Below are positions 1 to 9,403 of a stretch of 64,000 nucleotides of DNA, piece by piece. The notes under the pieces were generated by a model. The model had not been told where the DNA came from and did not search any database. It saw nothing but the letters and a program-made list of their open reading frames with translations. The translations under genes and the position numbers were made by a program. Position 1 is the stretch's first letter, and each line of letters starts with the position of its first letter. Origin of the DNA: Ignavibacteriota bacterium (GTDB lineage: Bacteria; Bacteroidota; Ignavibacteria; Palsa-1295); the NCBI GenBank assembly GCA_963787835.1, contig CAWBEI010000002.1, positions 736,001 through 800,000 on the forward strand, written 5' to 3'.

Positions 1-329
1 TTGAAGTACCCGGCGCGTTGGAAATCCCTATCGCAGCCGAACGGCTTGCAACCATGGGGATGGATGCCGTTATCGCCCTGGGATGCGTCATAAAGGGCGA
101 AACTACCCATTTTAAGCATGTGAGCCGCCTTGCACTCGATGGCATTTCGGCTATTTCCAGGGATTACGAAATACCTGTAACTTGCGGGATTCTGACGACG
201 TACGACGTGGCTCAAGCAGAAGCGCGGTCGGGCCCGGACGAAGCCAATGTCGGAAGTCAGGCGGCGCTTGCAGCAATCGAGACCGCAAATCTACTTCGTT
301 CAATCCCGATAGGGAACTCGGATTATTAA
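1..329 (+). CDS. ribH: 6,7-dimethyl-8-ribityllumazine synthase (5'-truncated by window edge)
   Basis: Frame reads EVPGALEIP...DAVIALGCVIKGETTHFKHV...PVTCGILTT...QAEARSG, the lumazine synthase signature. Confidence 0.95.
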   Translation, partial: EVPGALEIPIAAERLATMGMDAVIALGCVIKGETTHFKHVSRLALDGISAISRDYEIPVTCGILTTYDVAQAEARSGPDEANVGSQAALAAIETANLLRSIPIGNSDY

Positions 330-340
330 CAGATCTGTCG

Positions 341-2638
341 ATGCGCATTTTCATTGCATCTTTTATATTCGCAACGCTCCTCCTGTCATCATGGGCAAGC
401 GCACAGCCGCTCAAGCCCGGTCAGTGGCAGACCTATACCTCTATGCGATCCGTGTCGGACATTGCGGTCAGCTCGGATTCGAACTTCGTGTGGGCCGCTA
501 CCAACGGTGGCGTGTTCCGCGCCGACCTGCGCAATGCACAAGCCTCGCTTCTGGCGCTTCGCACCACGGATGGACTCACAGAGAATGATGTCACCTCCGT
601 TGCCTCGGATGCTCAGGGAAACATCTATTTTGGCGAAGGATCCGGCGGGTTCGATATTTATAATACGAGTACTGGCACGTTTAATAGTCTAAGCGATATT
701 CGAAATCAGGGTTATTCGAACGAAGCGATCAATGGTATTACCATTTTCCGAGATACGGTCTATCTTGCGATGGCATATGGCATCACTGTTTTTTATCCGG
801 GGAAAGATGGATTCGGAGTATTCGGTGCTACTGCGACACAACTTGCATCCTTGCCGCAGCAGGATAGTGTCCGGCAAGTGATCGACGATGGAACATTCGT
901 GTATGCCGCAATGTATCAAGGGATTGTTTGGGCAAAAAATAATTCCGATCTGCACGCCGGTTCGAATTGGACTTTCCTTCCCGACTCCGGATGGGCGGTT
1001 CGCGCACTTGTCAATTTTAATGGCAGGATCTACGCTGGGGCCGAGAATGGACTTTATATGATCTCCGCGAATCGCGATTCTCTTATCTATGTCCCTCTTC
1101 AGGACTCGCTTGCGATCGATCGTTTATTAGTAGCAAATGATTCACTCTATTTGCTCGATGAGTCCGGGATCCTTTATTCGACTCGCGACCTGACCCATCT
1201 TACAACGCGCATGATCAGTTCCGATGCGGGCAGCACGGTAACAGCGATCGCCTTAGCGCACTCTGGCATTGCCGCCGGGACGGTCAGTACGGGAATTGGG
1301 TATCCCGTTAATAGCACCTTCAATGGATCGATCTTTCCACCAGGACCCATTACAAATACCATTAACTGTGTGTATTATGCAACATCCACCGATCAGCTCT
1401 GTGTAACCAATCTTGGCTCCGGATTTGGGCTCTTTCAACCAAGTACCGATGCCTGGACCGATTACCAAAGCGGCGTGAACACAACGCCGATCGCCACTTA
1501 CGATCAAGTGTTCTATGACTCCATTCGGAATGTTACCTGGCTTTCCACACACGGCTCAGGGTTATATAATGTGACTGGATTGGGAACCGGGCAACTAACG
1601 TGGACGGCATTCAACCACACCGAAATTCCCAATACCGACGGCGGCACGGATGATTTTATTATCACGAGCGGAATGGGCCTGGACGCCAATAATAATTTCC
1701 TCGTAACGTCCTGGGCTGGAAACGGGGAAGGACTTTCTATTTCCAGCGATGGTAAAAACTTCAAGTCCTATCCGCTTGGGTTCTATGCTCCGTGGGGTTG
1801 CGTCACGCAGGATCTAAATGGCAATTATTGGGTCGGTACGCAGTTTAACAATGCCCCAAAATCACAAGGCGTCTATTGGTACAATCCATCCACAGGCTTG
1901 AATGGCGTTATTTATGGTGGTTCTGGCGGTACATTAGGGCCTGCCATCGAGGGAACAGAAGATGTGAATGCCATCCTCACCGATCAGGATGACGGCATCT
2001 GGTGCGGCACCGAAGGCGGCGTTGAGATCATCTCCGACCCGGAAACGATCTTGCAAAACAATCAAACGCCGACCTCCATCCGCAGCGTACAATTCACGAC
2101 CAATCAAGTGGTGCATTCCATGGCAGTCGATGGCGTGGGAAATAAATGGATCGGGACCGAAGATGGGATCTTTGTTGTCTCGGCAGATGGCTCCGACAGC
2201 ATTGCGCATTTCACCGCAGAAAATTCCCCCCTGGTGAACGATATTGTAACGTCCATTGCCATCGATCCCACCCGGGGAGAGGCGTATGCAGGTACACCGG
2301 CTGGCATTTCGCGTTTCAGCACCATCTTCAAACGCGGCCAGCCCGATTACAGCGGCATTCGCATTTATCCAAATCCTGTGGTACAAACGGCGGAGCAAAG
2401 CCCCACGGTCTATATCGATGGCCTGGTCGCCGGCTCGACCGTCCAGATCTTTTCCCTTGCCGGCCAGTTAATTACATCGATCGATGGAACCCAGCTTGGC
2501 TCCATCGTTACATGGAACGGCCGCGATGCCCTGGGCAGACAGGTTCCCAGTGGTCTATATCTTGTCAGTGCAACATCGCCTCAGGCCGGAGGAAACGGCG
2601 AAGCCAAAGTGGTCATCGTTCGCAAACCCTCGAACTGA
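341..2638 (+). CDS. porZ: PorZ-like beta-propeller protein with C-terminal T9SS/FlgD-like Ig domain
   Basis: Signal peptide from ATG 341; WQTYTS start; two-component-regulator propeller repeats (DGVGNKWIGT, NSPL); C-terminal IYPNPV...WNGRD...SGLYLV. Confidence 0.75.
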   Translation: MRIFIASFIFATLLLSSWASAQPLKPGQWQTYTSMRSVSDIAVSSDSNFVWAATNGGVFRADLRNAQASLLALRTTDGLTENDVTSVASDAQGNIYFGEGSGGFDIYNTSTGTFNSLSDIRNQGYSNEAINGITIFRDTVYLAMAYGITVFYPGKDGFGVFGATATQLASLPQQDSVRQVIDDGTFVYAAMYQGIVWAKNNSDLHAGSNWTFLPDSGWAVRALVNFNGRIYAGAENGLYMISANRDSLIYVPLQDSLAIDRLLVANDSLYLLDESGILYSTRDLTHLTTRMISSDAGSTVTAIALAHSGIAAGTVSTGIGYPVNSTFNGSIFPPGPITNTINCVYYATSTDQLCVTNLGSGFGLFQPSTDAWTDYQSGVNTTPIATYDQVFYDSIRNVTWLSTHGSGLYNVTGLGTGQLTWTAFNHTEIPNTDGGTDDFIITSGMGLDANNNFLVTSWAGNGEGLSISSDGKNFKSYPLGFYAPWGCVTQDLNGNYWVGTQFNNAPKSQGVYWYNPSTGLNGVIYGGSGGTLGPAIEGTEDVNAILTDQDDGIWCGTEGGVEIISDPETILQNNQTPTSIRSVQFTTNQVVHSMAVDGVGNKWIGTEDGIFVVSADGSDSIAHFTAENSPLVNDIVTSIAIDPTRGEAYAGTPAGISRFSTIFKRGQPDYSGIRIYPNPVVQTAEQSPTVYIDGLVAGSTVQIFSLAGQLITSIDGTQLGSIVTWNGRDALGRQVPSGLYLVSATSPQAGGNGEAKVVIVRKPSN

Positions 2639-2685
2639 ATGTTGCTTGTTAAGGACGAATAAGGAATTATTAACGTTCTCTCTTC

Positions 2686-2715
2686 CAGCATTTCATCATT
2701 CATCATTCATCCTTT
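2686..2715. repeat. Heptameric tandem repeat (TTCATCA/TTCATCC)
   Basis: cagcatttcatcattcatcattcatccttt; same family at 41200-41230 and 49777-49793. Confidence 0.7.
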
Positions 2716-2722
2716 CCCATCG

Positions 2723-3046
2723 ATGCCAACGTACGAATACCGCTGCCGTTTTTGCCATCAAATGACCGATGCATTCCAGCGCATGAGCGATGCCCCGCTG
2801 CTCACATGCCCCCATTGCGGCAAGGATGGACTCGAACGCATCGTCTCCGGTGGCGCCGGGGTCATCTATAAAGGCGAAGGATGGTATGTCACCGATTACT
2901 CCAAGCGATCTTCCGGCGGCAAAGAACCGACTGCCAAAACCGAAGTTAAATCGGATGCTCACAAAACCGACGCCACGAAAACCGATACCCCAAAAACTGA
3001 AACTCCACCCAAAGAGTCAAAAGCTGCCTCGACACCTTCCGAGTGA
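2723..3046 (+). CDS. FmdB-family zinc-ribbon protein
   Basis: MPTYEYRCRFC...CPHCG...IYKGEGWYVTDY plus low-complexity K/T/S tail. Confidence 0.9.
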   Translation: MPTYEYRCRFCHQMTDAFQRMSDAPLLTCPHCGKDGLERIVSGGAGVIYKGEGWYVTDYSKRSSGGKEPTAKTEVKSDAHKTDATKTDTPKTETPPKESKAASTPSE

Positions 3047-3086
3047 AATGCTTTTCGTGTGTTTGTTCATTTCAAATTCATAATCA

Positions 3087-3301
3087 CCCTCGATTCCGAG
3101 CCAATTTCGCCATTTAGTTTGCCAAATATTTTTTTGCATTAGGAAGTCATAAAGGCACCATTTTCTTGAAAACGGGTGCTCATCAAAATCAATTGAATTG
3201 TCATTTAATGAACTCACCCTTCTCTTTCATGAATTCATGCAATGTTTGTTCTCCAAGAAATAGGTGCTCCTAATACCACTTTCTAATATACGACACTTTT
3301 C
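3087..3301 (-). ncRNA. Candidate structured non-coding element, copy A
   Basis: Colinear conserved blocks shared with 49851-50070 (27/29-nt identical core); minus-strand hairpin with G-U pair; TATATTAG promoter-like motif at 3283-3290. Confidence 0.45.
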
Positions 3302-3330
3302 TCAAACTCCATCGAAAATAAATTTTACGA

Positions 3331-5433
3331 CTACTGAGGGTAATTCGGAATTATAACATCCTTTGGTACATCCCAAACCTTGACGTAATCGATCAGATGG
3401 TGTGCAGCATGAACCCAATGCCCACTACCAGGAGGAATTTCTACATCCCAACAACCAGGATTATACGGATGGGTATCAAAGTAGTGATATTCCTCATAGG
3501 TTATTGATTTATAATAGGTAACACCCCCGGAAACCCAAGCTACCGTATCATTCCGGGCGAAGGTATCCTTGATACCGACATCAATATCGGTTTCGGCGGG
3601 ATTAATAGCCACCATTCCACGCGGGAGGGAGTTGGCAAAGTCGTAGTAAGGATTAGTATTCGGGACCAGCCGATCTGGGAATCTTCGCACAACCACACTA
3701 TCGACCAAGTAGCGAATCTCATGCGGAAGCAATTCCATAGCGTATGTATGATATTGGTACCCGCTGACCGTATCCATCCCATTGAAAAGAAGTGGCGGGA
3801 TCGGATAACTATTGTGCGGCGAATAAATATCGTCGATATTAAATGAATAGGCCTCTGTACCGCTGTGAAGATCGCCGGGTGCCATCGTATCGTCCAAATA
3901 TAATTTACCCGAGTCGTGCGGATGGTTCAGGTTATATTCCCAATGACAACCAAATGATTTTTGAATCCCAAAACCTGTCGTCAACGTAATCGAATTTGGC
4001 TGATGCGTTTTTGTGAAATGAAGTGTATCACCCGCCCGATTAATGTGATAGCCAGGAGTGGAAAAGTACCTCCATTTGCCATGGCTATCGGTATCGACTC
4101 TCCATGGGAAGATATCTGAAGTATACGGATTAGCGATCGAATAATTGAATGAAAAAGAACCATGCGGACTCGTGAGGGAGGATGGCCAGCCCATGTTTTG
4201 GGTCCAACTGGCCGCCATAACGGTATCCATGCCATGATGAGGCACAAACTGTACCTGATAGGCAACATTATTGATGATGATCGCATTGGGGTTGTTCGAA
4301 AGGCACCATTCCGGTTGGGAGCTGGTGAAGATAACGGTGTCATGGACCGTTCCAAAGGAACCTTGAAACGGTCCATACTGGAACTGGTGGGAAAATCCTG
4401 GGCTGATGGTATCCATGATATTCCCGTTGTAGTCGGTCTCGTTCAGATCGAATTCGTACCCGTAGTTCCATGAGCCGCCCCAGTTGTTCGTATGGTGAAT
4501 GACATGTGGAATCTTTTCTCGAATTTCATATTTCCCGTAAGGCACGTGCGCGTATGCTGCGGTAAGCGGGAACGTGTCCAATTGTGTAAATGGAAACGGG
4601 CAGCTCCGAATAAACCCGGACGAAAATACAAACCGATCCGTGTCGTAAGGAATTAGAGAATAATTTTGACACTTGTCAAAAGCTGTGTCCGTAAGGATCG
4701 GAGAATTTTCACTATCGCGGAACTCACGGATAATAATATCGAGCGCGTGACCATCATGTGCCTGGTAATCCGTATCGAGATAGACGTTGGTATCGTTATC
4801 ACATTGAAGACCTTGCGGGTAATTGTTGCCGCCATGTCCGCCAACATGCCATTGATTTCGGAACTTTGCGGTATCGTTGAATTCGTCAGAAAAAACGGCT
4901 GTATCCCACTTCGGTTCGGTATAGGCATGAAAAAATGCTCCCGGCTTCACATGGAATCCGGATTTCAACTTTATTCTTCCGCTTGCCCGAAAATCGACAT
5001 CCTCGTTCTTGCTGACCGTAACCCAATCACCAACTCCTCCACCGGCGATAATGTCGGAGGGTGCTCCACCCGGCTGATTCCTGGCTTGAAACAAGCGCTG
5101 CCACACGGCTGTAGGGCCCAGCGTATCGCCATACGGATGCCAGTTTTGCAGCATTACGAAATGCGACCCCGAATCATTGATGATGGGACCGTATTTCGGA
5201 TAGTTCACATTCATGCCATCCGAATCCCGGATCATTATGCTTTGATTGGAAAGGTTTTGTCCAGAATCCAGTGGCCCCGGTGGTTTCATTGGATTGTAAT
5301 ACACGTCGGTATTCTGAAGCGTGATAGTACACGACTGCTGGATATTGTAGGGATTAATAGAATCCTGGGCAACGGCCTTAGTAGTCAGGGCCGATGAGCA
5401 CAGAAGAAAGATTAGGATATGGAAGTATTTCAT
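3331..5433 (-). CDS. Secreted GH16-like (ConA/laminarinase fold) protein with large insertion
   Basis: Signal peptide; VFSDEFN, FSSGFIRS, YGKYEIREKIP, EFDLNE (ExDxxE), YHTYAMEL..HEIRYLVD, DYVKVW motifs. Confidence 0.65.
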   Translation of the reverse strand: MKYFHILIFLLCSSALTTKAVAQDSINPYNIQQSCTITLQNTDVYYNPMKPPGPLDSGQNLSNQSIMIRDSDGMNVNYPKYGPIINDSGSHFVMLQNWHPYGDTLGPTAVWQRLFQARNQPGGAPSDIIAGGGVGDWVTVSKNEDVDFRASGRIKLKSGFHVKPGAFFHAYTEPKWDTAVFSDEFNDTAKFRNQWHVGGHGGNNYPQGLQCDNDTNVYLDTDYQAHDGHALDIIIREFRDSENSPILTDTAFDKCQNYSLIPYDTDRFVFSSGFIRSCPFPFTQLDTFPLTAAYAHVPYGKYEIREKIPHVIHHTNNWGGSWNYGYEFDLNETDYNGNIMDTISPGFSHQFQYGPFQGSFGTVHDTVIFTSSQPEWCLSNNPNAIIINNVAYQVQFVPHHGMDTVMAASWTQNMGWPSSLTSPHGSFSFNYSIANPYTSDIFPWRVDTDSHGKWRYFSTPGYHINRAGDTLHFTKTHQPNSITLTTGFGIQKSFGCHWEYNLNHPHDSGKLYLDDTMAPGDLHSGTEAYSFNIDDIYSPHNSYPIPPLLFNGMDTVSGYQYHTYAMELLPHEIRYLVDSVVVRRFPDRLVPNTNPYYDFANSLPRGMVAINPAETDIDVGIKDTFARNDTVAWVSGGVTYYKSITYEEYHYFDTHPYNPGCWDVEIPPGSGHWVHAAHHLIDYVKVWDVPKDVIIPNYPQ

Positions 5434-5444
5434 AGCTTCTCTCC

Positions 5445-6656
5445 TTATTTATCGATCACGATCTTTTTAAGTGCAATACCGCTTGCCGTTTGAATCTGTA
5501 AAAAGTACGTTCCTGCGGCGAATGTCGAAAGATCGAATGTAAAGCTCGCATTCGATGGCTGTGAAATATCGAGCAAATCCATTCCGAGCAGATTGAGCAC
5601 GATTATTTTTAGAATGCGCGTCGAACCGGCATCGATGGTTACTAACCCCGTTGCGGGATTCGGATAGATCTCCAGGGTATCGCTCGCTGAAGGTAGCTGC
5701 ACCACGCTCGCGGGAGAATCCGGTGCCGTCAACTCCGAGATCGGACGGTCGAATACATAATACTTTCCCGTGCCATATGTGACCTCGATAAAGAGCGATG
5801 TATCGAGAACAATCATTTGGGTTACTGCCGGTGAAATTGCTCCATAGAGACTATAGAGGCTGTCATTCTTTGCATGCCAGGTTGTACCAATATCGGTTGA
5901 GACTAAAACGCCTCGCTGAGTTCCCGCAAACAGATTTTTTCCGTCTGTCGCAAGGCAATTCACTGTTTCCTGCGTACCAGCGCTATCGACGGCAACCGTG
6001 ATCCACTGCGTGCCGCTATCGGTCGATTCCGCGAGAGTACCATTACCAACTATAAAAAGCATGGAATTCATGACGGTCATTGCGCCAATGAATGGGGGGG
6101 GAATTTGAGACCACGTATTGCCAGTATCGTATGAACGTAAGACTTCACTGCCGGTATTCGCAAAAATGCAGATACCAATTGCGGCGTAAGAAAGGGCCTC
6201 AGGACAGGCTATAACTTCCCAATTAGCTCCTGTGTCCCGCGAGCGATATGCTGAAGACAAGCCATTACCGAAAAGATACCTGCCATTTGTGAAAGGAGGA
6301 GCAGCAGCCTGAATGTCGAGCCAATTTGCACCATTGTTGGTCGATTCATACATTGGTCCTACGGTACCGTTTGTTGTGTGTGTAAACCCTGCAAAAAAGT
6401 ACGTTCCCAGCGAAGCAAACGATGTGACATTTCCCTGGGTAAAATCCAATCCACTTTCACTCTTGGCCCAAGAAGTTGGAGGAATGAAGCGATAGACATA
6501 GGACCCTCCGCCAGAATTGTCCACACCGGCCACAAACAGAGTCGTATCGTGAACCCCGAACGCTATGACTTGCCCGCCAAAGGATGCGTTTTTCCATTGC
6601 GCGGAGCAGGGAATGGCAATTGCAATGATGATGATGCAAATAGGCATTTGTTTCAT
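5445..6656 (-). CDS. T9SS-secreted BNR/Asp-box beta-propeller protein
   Basis: Signal peptide, repeated S.D.G.TW boxes, C-terminal IYPNPA...AGTYFLQI...KKIVI. Confidence 0.85.
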   Translation of the reverse strand: MKQMPICIIIIAIAIPCSAQWKNASFGGQVIAFGVHDTTLFVAGVDNSGGGSYVYRFIPPTSWAKSESGLDFTQGNVTSFASLGTYFFAGFTHTTNGTVGPMYESTNNGANWLDIQAAAPPFTNGRYLFGNGLSSAYRSRDTGANWEVIACPEALSYAAIGICIFANTGSEVLRSYDTGNTWSQIPPPFIGAMTVMNSMLFIVGNGTLAESTDSGTQWITVAVDSAGTQETVNCLATDGKNLFAGTQRGVLVSTDIGTTWHAKNDSLYSLYGAISPAVTQMIVLDTSLFIEVTYGTGKYYVFDRPISELTAPDSPASVVQLPSASDTLEIYPNPATGLVTIDAGSTRILKIIVLNLLGMDLLDISQPSNASFTFDLSTFAAGTYFLQIQTASGIALKKIVIDK

Positions 6657-6658
6657 AG

Positions 6659-8083
6659 TTACTTCTCTTTCTGATTTTTTAACTCTTGCACTTCTGCTTC
6701 CAGCGATTCGATCTTGTGATTAAGTTGCTCAATGTAAAGCATTTCTTCTTCGAGTTGCTTTGTAATTGCCTCTTCGGTTCTGCCAACCGGCACCCCCGTC
6801 TTCGCCATCTGTTTTGCAGAAGGAATATCCGGTAAATGATGATTTTCCTTAGTAAAGTTCTCGACTTCGGCAAGCGGCTTGAGTTGGTAACCAGGCTCGA
6901 AGACATAATCGGCCCAAGAGCTATCAAGAATATAAAATTCCTTCGCTATTGCAGCGCCACTCACTGCAAGCATCCATGTTAGTCCATCGCCGATATCAGG
7001 ACGAACATTCGAAAAGTTCGTAAAGTCCGGTAACGGTTTCCCGGGTGTATCCACACCGATACAAAGGGGCGTGTGGAAGTAGGAGATCCCACTTATGTTC
7101 CGCGTGACTCCGTAAGGTAGCGCTCCCGGCTGAAACACATCGAACAGATGATGATAGGGATTAGATGTGGTATCCAAATACCACATTTCTAGACCATAAT
7201 GTCCATCGACTTGCAGTGTGACACACTGGGAGAAATTGTTTTGACCCCGACCGGCACTGTAAGGCCAGGCATTGAGTTCCACGACGCCGCTTTCACTATC
7301 GACACGATTCGTGAACGAAATACCGCAGGAACCCATGCGTGCCAAACGGAAGAAACGTGCAGAGGAGCTATCGGTATGATTAATAGCACTGTTAAAATTA
7401 ATATATCTCCAATCGGCAGGATATTTTCCGCCTGTATTATACAGGCCTTCATAACGGTTACCACCATAGAACGTAAGTCCAGGGGTAGGATCGAGCTCCC
7501 CAGCCGCAGGAAGGGAACCACCACCAAACTGCAACTGATCTTTCGGCGTATCGAGACCTATCGAGTCCGGTGGCAAGTTTATTCCTACATTGCCATTATC
7601 CAAGATAGTCAGACGCTCAAGGTCGTGATGGCTTTGTTTAGGGCTTGGCTGAATGATAGTGTCTCCAGCGGTAGCAAATCGGATCGCTCCTCCTGTTTGT
7701 GATGAAAAAGCGCCGCCCGCCCAGTAATTTGTGATGATAATGTCGCCTCCCTTATTCTCATGAAGCACAAGGTCTTGCCCTTTCGAGAGTGATGAGTAAA
7801 GCGTATCTGTGCTTGGTGACATTAGCCCGAGGATGCCATAATAGTTCGAGGGTGACAATCCTCCGTTCGATAATCGAATAATCGCCTCCATGGTCGAACT
7901 TGATGACGAATCTTTGTTAATGTGCAGGGCATTCAACGCCCCGTCCGTAAGGCCATATTTCGTATCAATTCCAACGGGCGCATGAGCGGGCCAGGGCGAC
8001 GAGTTCGTCGCCTGTGAAAAAACCTCACCGCTTGTTAAAACCAATCCCCAAAACACTACTACTAAAAAACTCCAACGTCTCAT
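6659..8083 (-). CDS. Secreted protein with C-terminal tail-fibre chaperone-like (S74-like) domain and coiled coil
   Basis: ATG 8083 preceded by AGAGGTG; signal peptide; ERLTILDNGNVGIN; WADYVFEPGYQLKPLAEVENF...HHLPDIPSA followed by a heptad coiled coil. Confidence 0.7.
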   Translation of the reverse strand: MRRWSFLVVVFWGLVLTSGEVFSQATNSSPWPAHAPVGIDTKYGLTDGALNALHINKDSSSSSTMEAIIRLSNGGLSPSNYYGILGLMSPSTDTLYSSLSKGQDLVLHENKGGDIIITNYWAGGAFSSQTGGAIRFATAGDTIIQPSPKQSHHDLERLTILDNGNVGINLPPDSIGLDTPKDQLQFGGGSLPAAGELDPTPGLTFYGGNRYEGLYNTGGKYPADWRYINFNSAINHTDSSSARFFRLARMGSCGISFTNRVDSESGVVELNAWPYSAGRGQNNFSQCVTLQVDGHYGLEMWYLDTTSNPYHHLFDVFQPGALPYGVTRNISGISYFHTPLCIGVDTPGKPLPDFTNFSNVRPDIGDGLTWMLAVSGAAIAKEFYILDSSWADYVFEPGYQLKPLAEVENFTKENHHLPDIPSAKQMAKTGVPVGRTEEAITKQLEEEMLYIEQLNHKIESLEAEVQELKNQKEK

Positions 8084-8142
8084 TTTAACACCTCTTTTAA
8101 TAAATAACTTCGTGAAACACGCTTTGTTACTGAATCCTGGTA

Positions 8143-8150
8143 CAAAGATA
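8143..8150 (-). promoter_or_regulatory. Bacteroidota-type -7 promoter element (TATCTTTG)
   Basis: Exact TAnnTTTG 60 nt upstream of ATG 8083. Confidence 0.55.
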
Positions 8151-8202
8151 CGAAATAAAATGGCTGTTAGTCGGTATAGCGACTGGCGCACGATTGGCGT
8201 TA

Positions 8203-8427
8203 ATGCTATTTTATTCCCTTTTGAAACTTCAGGGAATCGTTGGGCAAAATATTCGAGCTTTCAGGAAAGCAAAATCTTGGAGTATCGAAAAATTAGCGGA
8301 ACATGCAAACGTAAGTCCTGCCTATCTTGGCGAACTCGAAAGAGGTAGAGAAAACGTCTCCATTAAAACGATTGAGTCAATTGCCAAAGCCCTAAAAGTT
8401 ACACCCGATCTTCTCTTAAAAGAATAA
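8203..8427 (+). CDS. XRE-family helix-turn-helix regulator
   Basis: GQNIRAFRKAKSWSIEKLAEHANVSPAYLGELERGRENVSI; start may be ATG 8203 or TTG 8221. Confidence 0.9.
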   Translation: MLFYSLLKLQGIVGQNIRAFRKAKSWSIEKLAEHANVSPAYLGELERGRENVSIKTIESIAKALKVTPDLLLKE

Positions 8428-8473
8428 GTTTTTTATACCTTGAAGATTTTAGGACGAGATTGAATTCCTGTCG

Positions 8474-8481
8474 TATTTTTG
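8474..8481 (+). promoter_or_regulatory. Bacteroidota-type -7 promoter element (TATTTTTG)
   Basis: TAnnTTTG ~22 nt upstream of ATG 8503. Confidence 0.45.
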
Positions 8482-8502
8482 CAGCGACTCATTTATATCA
8501 CC

Positions 8503-8887
8503 ATGCAAAAATCACTCTTTGTTTTACTGTGTACTGTTCTGTGTGCTACTCTGATTTCCTGCGGGAAATCTGCCACCTCCTCCGGGGCCTGCCGATGCGA
8601 TCACTGCCACCTATGCCGCGCTCGAAGCGCAGGACTCCACTGCGTTCCTTGCCTCGCTCTCGCAGGATAAGCAGGACGAATACGCCATCAATACCGGTAA
8701 GGTCGATAGCATTCTCAATCACTGGAAAGGACGTCATGCCGAGGTGAAGATCCTCTCGGTAAAACAGAATGACTCTGTTGCGACGGTCGTCTATAACTTA
8801 ACGGTCACCGGCAACAACCCACAAACGCACGATTCGATCATCGCACACACGTACCTCGAAGGCGGAACGTGGAAGCACGGCTATTGA
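8503..8887 (+). pseudogene. Small lipoprotein (NTF2/DUF4878-like) with +1 frameshift at G4 run 8584-8587
   Basis: Lipobox LISC; removing one G gives GPADAITATYAALEAQD...ATVVYNLTV...LEGGTWKHGY* ending at TGA 8885-8887. Confidence 0.7.
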
Positions 8888-8906
8888 TCGCCGCGCGTTC
8901 TGGCAG

Positions 8907-9395
8907 CTAAATGTGGCAGGTTGCCAGCCCGCGCTTTTCGAGATACTGCTGATGATAGTCCTCCGCGATCCAAAAATCGGTGGCAGGAACGATCTGCGTC
9001 ACAATCGGCCGGCGAAAGCGCCCGGATTCCGTCAGGGATTGTTTTGATGCTTCGGCAAGGCGTTTCTGCTCGTCCGAATGATAGAAGATAACCGTCCGGT
9101 ATTGCGTACCGAAATCCGGCCCCTGTCGGTTCACCTGCGTTGGGTCGTGATTCTCCCAAAAAACTTTTAACAAATCCTCATACGACACCACCGAGGGGTC
9201 GTATTCTATTTCCACCACTTCGGCATGACCAGTACGGTCTGTGCAAACATCTTTATAGGTCGGATTTGTGGTATGCCCGCCTTCATAACCAACAGCCGTC
9301 GATCTCACGCCATGAATTTTTCGGAATTCGGCTTCGACACCCCAAAAGCATCCGGCCCCGAATGTAGCCTTTTCTAATGTAGCGATATGTTCCAT
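8907..9395 (-). CDS. msrA: Peptide-methionine (S)-S-oxide reductase
   Basis: [40 protein letters not shown] motifs. Confidence 0.97.
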   Translation of the reverse strand: MEHIATLEKATFGAGCFWGVEAEFRKIHGVRSTAVGYEGGHTTNPTYKDVCTDRTGHAEVVEIEYDPSVVSYEDLLKVFWENHDPTQVNRQGPDFGTQYRTVIFYHSDEQKRLAEASKQSLTESGRFRRPIVTQIVPATDFWIAEDYHQQYLEKRGLATCHI

Positions 9396-9403
9396 GGTAT
9401 CTA

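Noticed and set aside
182-340. Longer ORF-track N-termini (182; also 8191, 29660, 39207, 43760, 52024, 53311)
   Set aside because: Most overlap neighbouring genes, promoters or hairpins; downstream ATGs give proper signal peptides or coupled starts
3098-3115. TGGCGAAATTGGC resembles a tRNA-Leu D-arm or a sigma-54 -24 box
   Set aside because: No anticodon arm, T-arm or acceptor stem; no TTGC -12 element at the right spacing
3017-3217. 66-aa ORF in element A (KWRNW also readable in copy B)
   Set aside because: Copy B has no start codon, an internal conserved block is in a different frame, and core changes are non-synonymous
4666-5397. 243-aa plus-strand ORF
   Set aside because: Antisense to the GH16-like gene; no recognisable features
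6659-8427. Prophage remnant or R-M controller (tail-fibre-like domain plus XRE)
   Set aside because: The protein has a Sec signal peptide; no phage structural, integrase, methylase or nuclease genes are nearby
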